Assembly: GCA_017530105.1 (NCBI GenBank)
Contig: JAFXMW010000108.1
Span: forward strand, 8,798 to 72,797
Reading direction: 5' to 3'
Length of the DNA: 64,000 bases
From: Bacteroidales bacterium
GTDB taxonomy: Bacteria; Bacteroidota; Bacteroidia; Bacteroidales; P3
This document shows, piece after piece, positions 1 to 9,213 of the stretch. A program made the position numbers and the translations under genes. Position 1 is the first letter of the stretch. Each line of letters opens with the position of its first letter. The notes under the pieces were generated by a model. That model searched no databases. It had not been told where the DNA came from and worked only from the letters and a program-made list of their open reading frames with translations.

Positions 1-1
1 C

Positions 2-787
2 GACCAGGTTTTCAAGGACATGGCTACAAGCCACATCATCAAGTATCGTCCCGACACTGCCGAGCGCGAGCAGAAATTCAAGCGGCTGCCCCGCACCATG
101 CAGTGCTACAACAAGGGCATGAAATCGCCTCTATACAAAAAGCCCTTCGCGATAGAGGAGGGCAACTGTGCCGACCGTTGCGAGTCGATTGCCCACAGCA
201 TTGTCGACTGTTTCAAAATCCTGCGCACCGAGGAACGCGGAAACCCCATTTCCACTACCAGCAACCACATTGCCATGCGGTTCTTCATCCTCAGCCATTA
301 CATTGCCGACTGCCACATGCCGCTGCACTGCGATTGCCGCTCCTTCTCGTCGGGCGAGAACATCCACGGTTTCATCGAGTCGGAATGGGATAAACAGGTA
401 AAAGCCTCTTACCATATCGACATCCCCAACAACCGATTCTTCTACGACCCCCAAGGCTACCCCTTGGCCAACAAGATCACCCCGTTGGTGCAGGAGGTGG
501 AGAACGACATCGTAAACCGCGAATTCCTCTACACCTGGGGCAATGGAAATAATAACACGTGGGACTATATCAGTGCCGTGTCGGAATACTCCTACCTTAT
601 GTCCTACAGGCTTATTCCGAAGGAGTTTGACGAAAAGAACCTCACCAAGGAACTGTACAAGTCGTCCGAGGCTTACAGCCGCTTGGGTGAGTACAGTAGC
701 GATATTCTGTGCGATGCCGTCGACTCCATCGCCCGGGTGTGGCTTCATGTGTGGGCACGCTACCGCAAATGGGCTGAAAAACGATAG
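2..787 (+). CDS. S1/P1-nuclease / zinc phospholipase C superfamily protein (5' end cut by window edge)
   Basis: The frame is open from position 2, with no stop before the Met at 20. Blocks SHYIADCHMPLHCD and GENIHGFIESEWD resemble the His/Asp zinc-ligand blocks of S1/P1 nucleases. The assignment is from remembered motifs only. Confidence 0.45.
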   Translation, partial: DQVFKDMATSHIIKYRPDTAEREQKFKRLPRTMQCYNKGMKSPLYKKPFAIEEGNCADRCESIAHSIVDCFKILRTEERGNPISTTSNHIAMRFFILSHYIADCHMPLHCDCRSFSSGENIHGFIESEWDKQVKASYHIDIPNNRFFYDPQGYPLANKITPLVQEVENDIVNREFLYTWGNGNNNTWDYISAVSEYSYLMSYRLIPKEFDEKNLTKELYKSSEAYSRLGEYSSDILCDAVDSIARVWLHVWARYRKWAEKR

Positions 788-833
788 GTATTCAACTCTC
801 AATTAATATATATATAAACATAAATTGCCATGT

Positions 834-989
834 AATGTTACTCCCTTCGGTCGTGACCATGCTTTGGCTCGGCAGAGCAAACGAGTTTGCTCTGCTCTCG
901 CTTAGTGCAATGTTACTCCCTTCGGTCGTGACCATGCTTTGGCTCGGCAGAGCAAACGAGTTTGCTCTGCTCTCGCTTAGTGCAATGTT
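834..989. repeat. Perfect 75-bp tandem direct repeat (834-908, 909-983, plus 6 bp of a third unit)
   Basis: Read directly: the unit aatgttactccc...cgcttagtgc occurs twice with no mismatch. Each unit contains the hairpin GCAGAGCAAA-cgag-TTTGCTCTGC (first copy 872-895). Confidence 0.95.
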
Positions 990-1050
990 CATATATAATT
1001 ATTAATGGCAATTCATGTTGAAAAATCTCAATTTCAATTCTTAATTTATC

Positions 1051-3429
1051 ATGATGCGATTACGTATACTCTTTACATTGTGCATACTGACATGTTGTAT
1101 GCATCTTTTCTTCACGGGCGGTGGGCTTTGTGCCCAACCTTTGGCGGGCTACGAGCGGGTTCTCAGCAGTCCCGACGGCAGGATGATGATGAGGTTTACT
1201 GTGGTGGAGGGAGTGCCGATTTACTCTCTCGAGCGCGACGGTGTCCGTGTGCTGTCGGCTTCGAAACTGGGTTTCACCCTCGAATGGCGCGACGGCCTCG
1301 ACAGCAATTTTGTCATGAAAGACGTGAAGTACAGCTCTTTCGACGAGGTATGGCACCCCGTGTGGGGCGAAGAGGCCAACATCCGCAACCACTACAACGA
1401 AATGCTGGTGACTCTCGAACAGCTGCCCGGCACGGTGAAAAGCATGGACCATAGCACCGACACCCGGCCGACGGTGATGCAGATACGCTTCCGGCTCTAC
1501 GACGACGGGCTGGGCTTCCGCTACGAGTTCCCCATGCGTTACAACGGTATTGACAACGCCTTGGTATGCTTCTGGTTCAAGGAGGAGCTGACCGAATTCG
1601 CCCTCACAGGCGACCACACAGCCTGGTGGATTCCCGGCGACTACGACACCCAGGAATACAACTACACTGAGAGCCGCCTGTCGCAAATCGACAGCCTCTA
1701 CGAGAAAGGCCATGAGCATGGCGGCTGGCCGTGGACCGACTTCTCGCGTACGGGTGTCCAGACTGCCTTGCAGATGAAAACCGACGACGGCCTCTACATC
1801 AATATCCACGAAGCTGCCACGCTGGACTATCCCACCATGCACCTGAATTTGATTGAAAACGGAAATTTGAAGAATGAAAATCCGGCCGACGCAGCAAACT
1901 CAGCATTTGTGTTCCGCACCTGGCTTTGTCCCGATGCCGCAGGCTACAAAGGCCGTATGCAGGCTCCCTGCCACACCCCGTGGCGCACGGTGATGGTGTG
2001 CGACAAGGCCACCGACGTGCTGCGCTCCCGACTTATCCTTAACCTCAACGACCCCTGCGCCCTCGAGGATGTCAGCTGGATACATCCCGTGAAATACATG
2101 GGCGTGTGGTGGGAGATGATCAGCGGCAAGAGCACCTGGAGCTACACCAACGACTACCCCTCCGTGCGGCTCGGCGAGACCGACTTTCTCCATGCCAAGC
2201 CCAACGGCACCCACGGAGCCAACAACGCCAACGTGCGCCGCTACATTGACTTTGCCGCCAAGCATGGCTTCGATGCGCTCCTCATCGAGGGGTGGAACAT
2301 CGGATGGGAAGACTGGTACGGCAAGCAGAAAGAGTTCGTCTTCGACTTCCTTACCCCTTATCCCGACTTCGACCTGCCGGCACTCAACAAGTACGCCCAC
2401 GAAAAGGGCATCCGCCTTATTATGCACCACGAAAGTTCAGCCTCTACCGTCAACTATGAGCGTTGGATGGAGAAAGCCTATAACCTCATGAACCGATATG
2501 GCTACGATGCCGTGAAGAGCGGCTACGTCGGCACCATCATCCCCTTTGCCGAAGGACACTACAGCCAGCCTATCAATAACCACTACCACTACGCCATTGT
2601 CGAGGCCGCCAAACATCATATCATGGTCAACGCCCACGAAGCTGTGCGTCCCACAGGCCTCTGCCGTACCTGGCCTAACATGATAGGCAACGAAAGTGCC
2701 ATGGGCACCGAGTTCCGCGAGCGCATCCACCCCGGCCACACCGCCATCCTGCCCTTCACCCGTCTGCAGGGTGGCCCGATGGACTATACCCCCGGCATCT
2801 TCGAGCCCGACATGGGCAAGATAGTCCCCTGGGGCAAGCCCATGTGCCACACTATCTGCAACCAATTGGGACTCTACGTCACCTTCTACTCGCCGTTGCA
2901 GATGGCCGCCGATTTTCCCGAGCATTACGAACCCTATCTTGATGCCTTCCAGTTCATCAAGGATGTGGCTGTCGACTGGGACACCAGCATCTATCTCTAT
3001 GCCGAGCCGGGCGACTACATCGTCACGGCACGCAAACCGAAGGTATCCTCCCTCAACAAAGCCGCCGACGGTTTGGGAGCATTGCCCGATGGCAAGAAAG
3101 GAGTTGTCAGCAATGCTGCACAATATGTGTATGGTCTGACAGATTCGGCCAGTCTGAATGGTCAAACTCCCCGTGATGTCTGGTATATCGGTGGCATCAC
3201 CGACGAGACCGCCCGCGAGTTTACTGTCAAGCTCGATTTCCTCACCCCCGGCAAGAGCTACGACGCAGTCATCTACTGCGACGGCAAAAACGCCTGTGGA
3301 CTTCCGGGCGAAGGCTACAACCCCTACTCCTACACCATCACCACAAAGAAAGTCACCTCCAAGACCACCCTCAAACTGAAGATGGCCTCTTGCGGCGGCT
3401 TTGCCGTGAGCATCCGGGAGCGTTTATAG
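1051..3429 (+). CDS. Glycoside hydrolase family 97 (SusB-type alpha-glucosidase / alpha-galactosidase)
   Basis: 792-aa ORF with a hydrophobic N-terminal signal-like segment. Long GH97-like blocks are present (GIRLIMHHESSASTVNYERWMEKAYNLMNRYGYDAVKSGYVG; VNAHEAVRPTGLCRTWPNMIGNES). Confidence 0.8.
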   Translation: MMRLRILFTLCILTCCMHLFFTGGGLCAQPLAGYERVLSSPDGRMMMRFTVVEGVPIYSLERDGVRVLSASKLGFTLEWRDGLDSNFVMKDVKYSSFDEVWHPVWGEEANIRNHYNEMLVTLEQLPGTVKSMDHSTDTRPTVMQIRFRLYDDGLGFRYEFPMRYNGIDNALVCFWFKEELTEFALTGDHTAWWIPGDYDTQEYNYTESRLSQIDSLYEKGHEHGGWPWTDFSRTGVQTALQMKTDDGLYINIHEAATLDYPTMHLNLIENGNLKNENPADAANSAFVFRTWLCPDAAGYKGRMQAPCHTPWRTVMVCDKATDVLRSRLILNLNDPCALEDVSWIHPVKYMGVWWEMISGKSTWSYTNDYPSVRLGETDFLHAKPNGTHGANNANVRRYIDFAAKHGFDALLIEGWNIGWEDWYGKQKEFVFDFLTPYPDFDLPALNKYAHEKGIRLIMHHESSASTVNYERWMEKAYNLMNRYGYDAVKSGYVGTIIPFAEGHYSQPINNHYHYAIVEAAKHHIMVNAHEAVRPTGLCRTWPNMIGNESAMGTEFRERIHPGHTAILPFTRLQGGPMDYTPGIFEPDMGKIVPWGKPMCHTICNQLGLYVTFYSPLQMAADFPEHYEPYLDAFQFIKDVAVDWDTSIYLYAEPGDYIVTARKPKVSSLNKAADGLGALPDGKKGVVSNAAQYVYGLTDSASLNGQTPRDVWYIGGITDETAREFTVKLDFLTPGKSYDAVIYCDGKNACGLPGEGYNPYSYTITTKKVTSKTTLKLKMASCGGFAVSIRERL

Positions 3430-6243
3430 TCGGCTGGTGAGATGGTGCCTCCCGCTGCATAGCACACGCCGTTCTTCATACCCATCCTTGGTGGGTAGGT
3501 AAACCTTGGCAGTGGTGTTGGCAGGAATGAGAATGTCCCATTCGAAGCGGTTCCCTTTGCGATGCCACTTGCTTTCGATGAGGCCGCTGACGGATTGGTA
3601 GGAGCAGTTCACATGGTCGAGGCCTTTGATGGGATAGGGCTTCAGCATTATCTTGCTGTAGCCGGGAGTCAAGGGTTTTATGCCGCCGAGGTATTCGTAG
3701 TACCAGATGATGAGGTCGCCGAGGAGCATGACATGGTTGCCGGAGTTCATGGCGGGGTCACCTGTGTCGCCGTTCCAAAGCTCCCAGATGGTTGTGGCGC
3801 CATTTTTCACCATATAGCCCCAGCTGGGGTAGGTGGTGTCAGTAGCCATCCGTAGCGCCAAATCGCCACGGCCGTAATCGGTGAGGGTGCGCATCAGGTG
3901 TTGGATGCCCACCACGCCTGTGGAGACATGGCTGCCAAAGTCTTTCTCGGTTTTGTCGATGATGTTAGCAAAGACCTTTTGCTGCATGTCGTAGCCTGGC
4001 ACCATTCCGAAATCCAGAGGCAGGACATTGGCGGTGACGGTGTTGTTGGCATAGCGGCAAGTATGGGAGTCGAGGTATTTCTCATTGTAGGCTTTTTCGA
4101 CTAGTTCCATCTCGTTTTGGAAGTAGACAACGTCGTCGTCCTTGTCAAGCAAAATTGCGAAACCCTTCATGAGTGTACAGTAGTGGAAGTAGTAGGGTGT
4201 CGAGAGGCAGGCGGGCCATGTGATGCGGTTGGTGTCGCGCGAGTGGATAAGTTCGGGGCTTTCAGGCGGCACACACCAGTCGCCGTAGGTGTCTCGGATG
4301 AGGATGCCTTCTTTGAGGTAGTATTTCTTCATGTGGAGCAGCCAGCGTTTCATGGCGTCGTAATGTTGCTCGACGGGACGGAAGTCGCCAAAACGCCGCC
4401 ATATCATGTCGGCCACGGTGATGAAGGCTCCCGGCCATGTCATGTTGTCGGTGTAATTGCGCCAATAGGCAGGGGCGACATCGGGGAGAGAGCCGTTCTC
4501 GAACTGGCTGTCTTCAAGGTCTTGCAGCCACTTGGCATAGAGGCGGTGATTGTCGAAGATGAGGCTCTCGCCGTAGTTGCCTGTGGTGCGGTCGCCTGTC
4601 CAGCCCATGCGCTCGTCGCGCTGGGGGCAGTCGGTAGGCATGCTGCGGTAGTTGCCGCGGATGCCCCACGTGGCGTTGCGATAGACGGCGTTGATTATCT
4701 CGTTGGAGGTCTCGAAGCTGCCGGTCATGGGCATCTCGTCATAGAGGACGAGGCCATTGATGCCACCTGGCATCGGTTTGAAGCGGAGACCGGATATCTC
4801 AACATAGCGGAAGCCGTGATAGGTAAACAAGGGGGACCAATGGTCCATCCCGTCATTGGCGATGTAACGGTCGGTACACTCGGCTGAGCGTAAGTTGTCT
4901 GTGTATAGGCTGCTGTCGGTGTTGAGAGTCTCGGCATAGCGGAAAGTGATGGTGTCGCCCTTCTGCATGTTGTACAGCCACATGGATATCACTCCAACCA
5001 TGTTCTGCCCCATATCCACTATCCATTTGTCACCCTTTTGGAAGATGTTAATCGGTAACAAGGTCTGTTGTACCTTGATGTTGGGGTTGGGCTGCGGGGT
5101 GAGGAGTTGCATCGGGTCGGGCCGCTGGTAATCATTGGGCAGAGGGCTGCCAGTGACAACGGGGTATTCGCGGGCAACGCGGTGGCGCGGGTTGTAGATG
5201 TCCTCACGGTACATATTCTGCCGGTCATAGTCGACAACGGCCTCCTGCCAAAGACTGTCGTCATAGCCTGGCATCGTCCAGTCACCAAGATTCATGCGCG
5301 CATCGTATGTCTCGCCGTCGAACTCGTTGCTTTTGCGTATGGGACCCTGGTTGGTTATCTTCCACCCGTTGCCGCTGACGATGGTGTCAGTGGTGCCGTC
5401 CTGGTAGGTCACCTCCAGCTGCATGAGCAATTGCGGCAGACCGTAGTGGGCGGCATGAAGGATGCCGCACCATTCGAGGTAGTCGCTGTTGTGGCGCACG
5501 GTGGTGAAACGCCCTCCTGCGAGGATGACGCCCACGGCGTTCAGGCCGTCTGCACGGACAAGGGAAGTCACATCGTAGGCGTTGAAATAGATGCGTCTTG
5601 TGTAGTCCGAGAGCGTGGGCTTCAGGAATTCATCCGCACCGGCCTCTTCGCCGTTGATATAGGCACTATACACACCCAGGCCACTGATGTAGAGGCGCGC
5701 CTTGGCGATGTTCTTCTTGAGCGTGAACTCCTTGCGCAGGTAGCGGGCGGCGATGGCGGTGTGGCCGTTCACATTGTCATCCTCATAGTCGCGGCCAATC
5801 CAATGTGCACGCCAATCATCCGGCGACAGAAGACTTATCTCAAAATGCTGCACATTGCTTTCGATGGTCTTCTTTTTGTTGTGGTCGCCATAGGTCACGG
5901 TGGTGTATACCTTCCACCAGCAGCGGTCGCGGCTCTTCAGCGGCTTCCCTTCGTATGGTATATACAGCATCTGGTTGGATGTGACGGTCTTGGTGTCCCA
6001 TAGGTCGCCGATGCCTTTGCCGATGTTCTCTTCCGAAGAGGCTACTATAATGCGGTATTCTGTTTGTACGACGTTGCTCACTTCCGACTCATAACACCAG
6101 CTGAACCGGGGCAGGCTTGTGTACAATGGTAGGCTGCCGTCCTGCAACTCGACTGTGGGGGATGAAATCGTGATAATGTTATTGTCTCCACAAGCTGTAA
6201 GCAGCATGGCGAAAAGCAAAAGAGGGTAAAAATGTCTCATCAT
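3424..6243 (-). CDS. Alpha-L-rhamnosidase (GH78), lipoprotein
   Basis: The DCPQRDERMGWTGD block is typical of GH78 rhamnosidases. I moved the start from the track's 6348 to the ATGATG at 6243, which gives MMRHFYPLLLFAMLLTACG (signal plus lipobox). A TACCTTTG -7 box lies at 6263-6270. Confidence 0.85.
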   Translation of the reverse strand: MMRHFYPLLLFAMLLTACGDNNIITISSPTVELQDGSLPLYTSLPRFSWCYESEVSNVVQTEYRIIVASSEENIGKGIGDLWDTKTVTSNQMLYIPYEGKPLKSRDRCWWKVYTTVTYGDHNKKKTIESNVQHFEISLLSPDDWRAHWIGRDYEDDNVNGHTAIAARYLRKEFTLKKNIAKARLYISGLGVYSAYINGEEAGADEFLKPTLSDYTRRIYFNAYDVTSLVRADGLNAVGVILAGGRFTTVRHNSDYLEWCGILHAAHYGLPQLLMQLEVTYQDGTTDTIVSGNGWKITNQGPIRKSNEFDGETYDARMNLGDWTMPGYDDSLWQEAVVDYDRQNMYREDIYNPRHRVAREYPVVTGSPLPNDYQRPDPMQLLTPQPNPNIKVQQTLLPINIFQKGDKWIVDMGQNMVGVISMWLYNMQKGDTITFRYAETLNTDSSLYTDNLRSAECTDRYIANDGMDHWSPLFTYHGFRYVEISGLRFKPMPGGINGLVLYDEMPMTGSFETSNEIINAVYRNATWGIRGNYRSMPTDCPQRDERMGWTGDRTTGNYGESLIFDNHRLYAKWLQDLEDSQFENGSLPDVAPAYWRNYTDNMTWPGAFITVADMIWRRFGDFRPVEQHYDAMKRWLLHMKKYYLKEGILIRDTYGDWCVPPESPELIHSRDTNRITWPACLSTPYYFHYCTLMKGFAILLDKDDDVVYFQNEMELVEKAYNEKYLDSHTCRYANNTVTANVLPLDFGMVPGYDMQQKVFANIIDKTEKDFGSHVSTGVVGIQHLMRTLTDYGRGDLALRMATDTTYPSWGYMVKNGATTIWELWNGDTGDPAMNSGNHVMLLGDLIIWYYEYLGGIKPLTPGYSKIMLKPYPIKGLDHVNCSYQSVSGLIESKWHRKGNRFEWDILIPANTTAKVYLPTKDGYEERRVLCSGRHHLTSRL

Positions 6244-6262
6244 GATGTACGTTTTATGAATG

Positions 6263-6270
6263 CAAAGGTA
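6263..6270 (-). promoter_or_regulatory. Candidate Bacteroides-type -7 box (TACCTTTG) for the GH78 gene
   Basis: The reverse complement of caaaggta matches TAnnTTTG about 20 nt upstream of the ATG at 6243. Confidence 0.4.
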
Positions 6271-6363
6271 CGAATAAAAATTCAAACGGCAAGAAAATGG
6301 AAACATCCAGTTGCAGGATGATACCCTCCTCCTCAGCCACACTGCCACCCACGGGAGAGGGCA

Positions 6364-6567
6364 TTAAACCCAAATCGGTCATTAGGCCGACTTTTCAATC
6401 AATCTCGCCTATTTTTAGGTCTGTTTATGCCAATATCAGCATTTCTTTCGGCATCTTGTCCGCATCCCTGTCTCGCCGTAGCTCGCTACGTCTTCGCCAG
6501 CGATGCAGCCAATCTGCTCGAAACAAATACTAATCTGGCATAAACCCTAATGACCGATTTGGGTTAA
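6364..6567. mobile_element. MITE-like non-autonomous element, copy A (~204 bp, 22-bp terminal inverted repeats)
   Basis: The ends are TTAAACCCAAATCGGTCATTAGG ... CCTAATGACCGATTTGGGTTAA. A second, inverted copy lies at 13914-14115. It has no coding capacity beyond a spurious ORF. Confidence 0.75.
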
Positions 6568-6705
6568 AAAAGGGAATGTGTGGATTTTTATTCGTATTTT
6601 TGCATCCGGCTTTAAATTATGGCCCAATAGTGAAGCTATAGTTGGAACGATATGTGTCTGTTTCTATTATGGCAGAGTTCTCAATTTTTAAAACTCATTT
6701 TTCAA

Positions 6706-7599
6706 ATGAAAAAAAAACGTGTAATAGGTATAGGGGAGACGGTATTGGATATTCTATTCAAGAACGACCAACCGCAGAAAGCTGTTCCCGGAGGCTCAAC
6801 ATTCAACAGCATGGTGTCGTTGGGGCGAGCCGGAGTGCCTTGCGCCATGGTGACAGAAGTGGGAGGCGACCATATAGGGGATATCATTTGTCAGTACCTG
6901 AGTGCGAATGGTGTCTCCTCGCAATATGTTTGTCGCCACGAAAACATCAAGTCGCATATATCGTTGGCATTTCTGGATGAACACAACGACGCGCAATATG
7001 TGTTCTATAAGGATCATGCGACTGTTTCGTTGGATGGCGTGCTGCCTGACTTTTGCAAGGACGATGTGGTGCTTTTCGGTTCGTTCTTTGCCATCAATCC
7101 AGTTATCCGTCCTGTCGTGGGCGGTTTGCTGCGTGATGCCCGCAGGGCGGGAGCATGGCTCTACTACGATGTGAACTTCCGCAAAACCCATGTTGCCGAC
7201 TTACCCGACGTGATGTCCAATATAGAGGAAAACATGAAACTGGCGGATATAGTGCGCGGGTCGATGGATGATTTCGACTACATGTACGGTCTGCGGGACG
7301 GAGATGCCATTTATCAACGTGTGAGCCGTTTTTGCAGCACGTTAATACTGACAGACGGGGCTTGCCCTATACGTGTCTATACGCCTGAAGGCTGCGAGAC
7401 GTTCCCTGTGCAGCCGATAGAGACGGTGAGCACTGTCGGGGCTGGCGACAATTTCAATGCAGGATATATCTTTGCAATGCTTCAAGGCGCGCATAGTCAG
7501 ACTTTGTGTATCGAGATGGCGCAACGATGGAGTCGTGATGTCTGCCGCCAGATAGGCAATCATAACAGTGACGAATTAATCGCCACGCTCAAGGAGTAG
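6706..7599 (+). CDS. PfkB-family carbohydrate kinase (fructokinase-like)
   Basis: MKKKRVIGIGETVLDILF... at the N-terminus and a GAGDNFNAGYIF anion-hole motif near the C-terminus. The start is set at ATG 6706 rather than the track's 6652. Confidence 0.8.
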   Translation: MKKKRVIGIGETVLDILFKNDQPQKAVPGGSTFNSMVSLGRAGVPCAMVTEVGGDHIGDIICQYLSANGVSSQYVCRHENIKSHISLAFLDEHNDAQYVFYKDHATVSLDGVLPDFCKDDVVLFGSFFAINPVIRPVVGGLLRDARRAGAWLYYDVNFRKTHVADLPDVMSNIEENMKLADIVRGSMDDFDYMYGLRDGDAIYQRVSRFCSTLILTDGACPIRVYTPEGCETFPVQPIETVSTVGAGDNFNAGYIFAMLQGAHSQTLCIEMAQRWSRDVCRQIGNHNSDELIATLKE

Positions 7600-7699
7600 A
7601 CGAAAAAATGAATGTTTTCCAGACCTAATACGTGAAGACTAAAATGTGTCGGTCATATTCCAGTGCGAAGTTCTCTTTCTCCCCGATGGAGAGACCTAA

Positions 7700-7746
7700 A
7701 CGTTAGGTCGACTTTTCATCCGGTCTTTTCAGGTCTGTTTATGCCT
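7700..7746. repeat. Degenerate fragment of the MITE-like element
   Basis: cgttaggtcgacttttcatccggtcttttcaggtctgtttatgcc aligns with cattaggccgacttttcaatcaatctcgcctatttttaggtctgtttatgcc of copy A. The terminal inverted repeat is lost. Confidence 0.55.
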
Positions 7747-7801
7747 TTCCCCTCAAGAGGCACGGCCGTGCTTTTGGGGAACGTTCCGGCTTGCAACTAA
7801 T

Positions 7802-7836
7802 AAAAAAACGCCACTCATCGGGGTGGCGTTTTCTTT
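7802..7836. terminator. Bidirectional intrinsic terminator between convergent kinase and pepC genes
   Basis: A-run, then stem AACGCCAC (7807-7814) / GTGGCGTT (7823-7830), then a T-rich run. Confidence 0.7.
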
Positions 7837-7852
7837 TCTTACGTGATTCGGG

Positions 7853-9076
7853 TTATTTGATACCGAGTTTCTTTTTGATGTCTTTGGGGAGAGCGTCTTT
7901 GTGGACGACGATGTTCATGGTTTTATAGCGGACGAAGGCTTTGCTGGCATAGAACATGCCGTGATAGTCGCCGTAGTCGCCCCAGCTGTTCTTCACCATG
8001 TAGTATTCGTTGCCCATCTGATCCTTGGCGGTGCCGTAAATCAACATGCCGTGGTCGTCGGTGGTCTCGCGGTTGTCGTAGGCCAGCTGGCGTTCTTCCT
8101 GGGTGACCCAACGCTGGGGTGTGGGGTGTTTGGCGGCCTCGTCTTGGATGTCCTTGGCCTTCATGCCGGTCCAGTGGGCCATGTCGCTGCCCATAGTGGC
8201 GGTTACCGTTGTGGCGGGGAGCACGCAGAAACCTTTGCGGGTACCCATGCGGAAGCCTTGTTCGCTGACGTCAGCACCCCAGGCTACGGTGTAGCCGTTG
8301 GCGATGGCGTTGTCGAAGATTTGCATCATCTCGTCGAGGGGGACGTTGTAGCATTGGGCGTGGCGCCAGTTGTCCTGAATCTCGAGGGGGAATTTCTCGT
8401 AGAAGGGATGGTGTGTGTAGGAGGTGATGCTCACATAGTCGTCGGGGTTGAGGCCGAGGCTCTCGTAGAAGCTCTTGGGGGTGTACTGCTTGCCGTTGTA
8501 GGTGAACTTCTCAGGCAGCTGTCCGAGATAGACTGCGTGGGCGGCACGGATGGCTTTCATGCAGAGCAGCTGGCCGTCTTTGTCGTGTTGGAGTTTCTTC
8601 AGTTTGTCGTTTTTGGCAATGGCGGCAACCATGGCGTCGGTAACTGCGCTGAGTTCGGTGTGGTCGGAGAGGGTGTCGCCGTATTCAACACCGGGACGCA
8701 TCACCTCTTCGGGCACCAGGCCGAAGGTCTTCATGCCGTAGAGGACATCGTAGAATGAGCCGCCTTGGCTGAAACTCACGTCGCCGCTGGTGCGGATGGC
8801 AGCCATGGCGCGGTCGTTGTAGGTGTTTTCGACGAGGTACATTTCGCTGAGGTCGTAGGTGCCTTTGTTCATGCGAAGCAGTTCGGCTTCGATAAATGCC
8901 AGGCTGCTGTAGCACCAGCAGGTGCCGGCACGGTGCTGGTTCTTGACTGAGGTGACGGGCAACTCTTTCACAACAGTGAACTTGTAGCCCTCATCCTCCT
9001 TCTCTTTTTGTTCGGTCTGTGCAAAAACGGTGGTGCACATGGCGAAAACGCCGAGGAATAAGAATGCTTTCTTCAT
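7853..9076 (-). CDS. pepC: Aminopeptidase C / bleomycin-hydrolase-type C1B cysteine peptidase with signal peptide
   Basis: Active-site block NQHRAGTCWCYSSLAF. The start is set at ATG 9076, giving MKKAFLFLGVFAMCTTVFAQ. The track ORF extends upstream to 9286 without support. Confidence 0.8.
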   Translation of the reverse strand: MKKAFLFLGVFAMCTTVFAQTEQKEKEDEGYKFTVVKELPVTSVKNQHRAGTCWCYSSLAFIEAELLRMNKGTYDLSEMYLVENTYNDRAMAAIRTSGDVSFSQGGSFYDVLYGMKTFGLVPEEVMRPGVEYGDTLSDHTELSAVTDAMVAAIAKNDKLKKLQHDKDGQLLCMKAIRAAHAVYLGQLPEKFTYNGKQYTPKSFYESLGLNPDDYVSITSYTHHPFYEKFPLEIQDNWRHAQCYNVPLDEMMQIFDNAIANGYTVAWGADVSEQGFRMGTRKGFCVLPATTVTATMGSDMAHWTGMKAKDIQDEAAKHPTPQRWVTQEERQLAYDNRETTDDHGMLIYGTAKDQMGNEYYMVKNSWGDYGDYHGMFYASKAFVRYKTMNIVVHKDALPKDIKKKLGIK

Positions 9077-9213
9077 TTTAGATAATGTTGTATTGATTTG
9101 TACTTTTATTTTTCGCGCTGCAAAATTACGATTTTTTTCCCACATATTGACTATAGGGGCTAAAAAATAGTGACTATTTAATACTATTATTAGCAGGAGG
9201 ACGTTATAATGCC

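Noticed and set aside
834-989. Possible CRISPR array
   Set aside because: Only two directly abutting 75-bp units are present, with no spacers between them and no cas genes nearby. It is a tandem duplication, not a CRISPR.
3424-6348. Upstream start codons offered by the track for several genes (GH78 6348, pepC 9286, kinase 6652, DUF1846 27264, OstA-like 41403, upp 62274 and others)
   Set aside because: In each case a downstream ATG yields a canonical signal peptide or family N-terminus. In several cases a TAnnTTTG box lies between the two candidate starts. The longer forms add non-homologous residues.
6297-6533. Conserved small peptide (...ISISFGILS.SLSRRS.LRLRQRC.QSARNKY) encoded by both MITE-like copies (also 13949..14134, minus strand)
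   Set aside because: Both ORFs start outside the element in unrelated flanking DNA, so only the element-internal tail is shared. The differences between copies are mostly non-synonymous. The similarity is simply the nucleotide repeat read in one frame.
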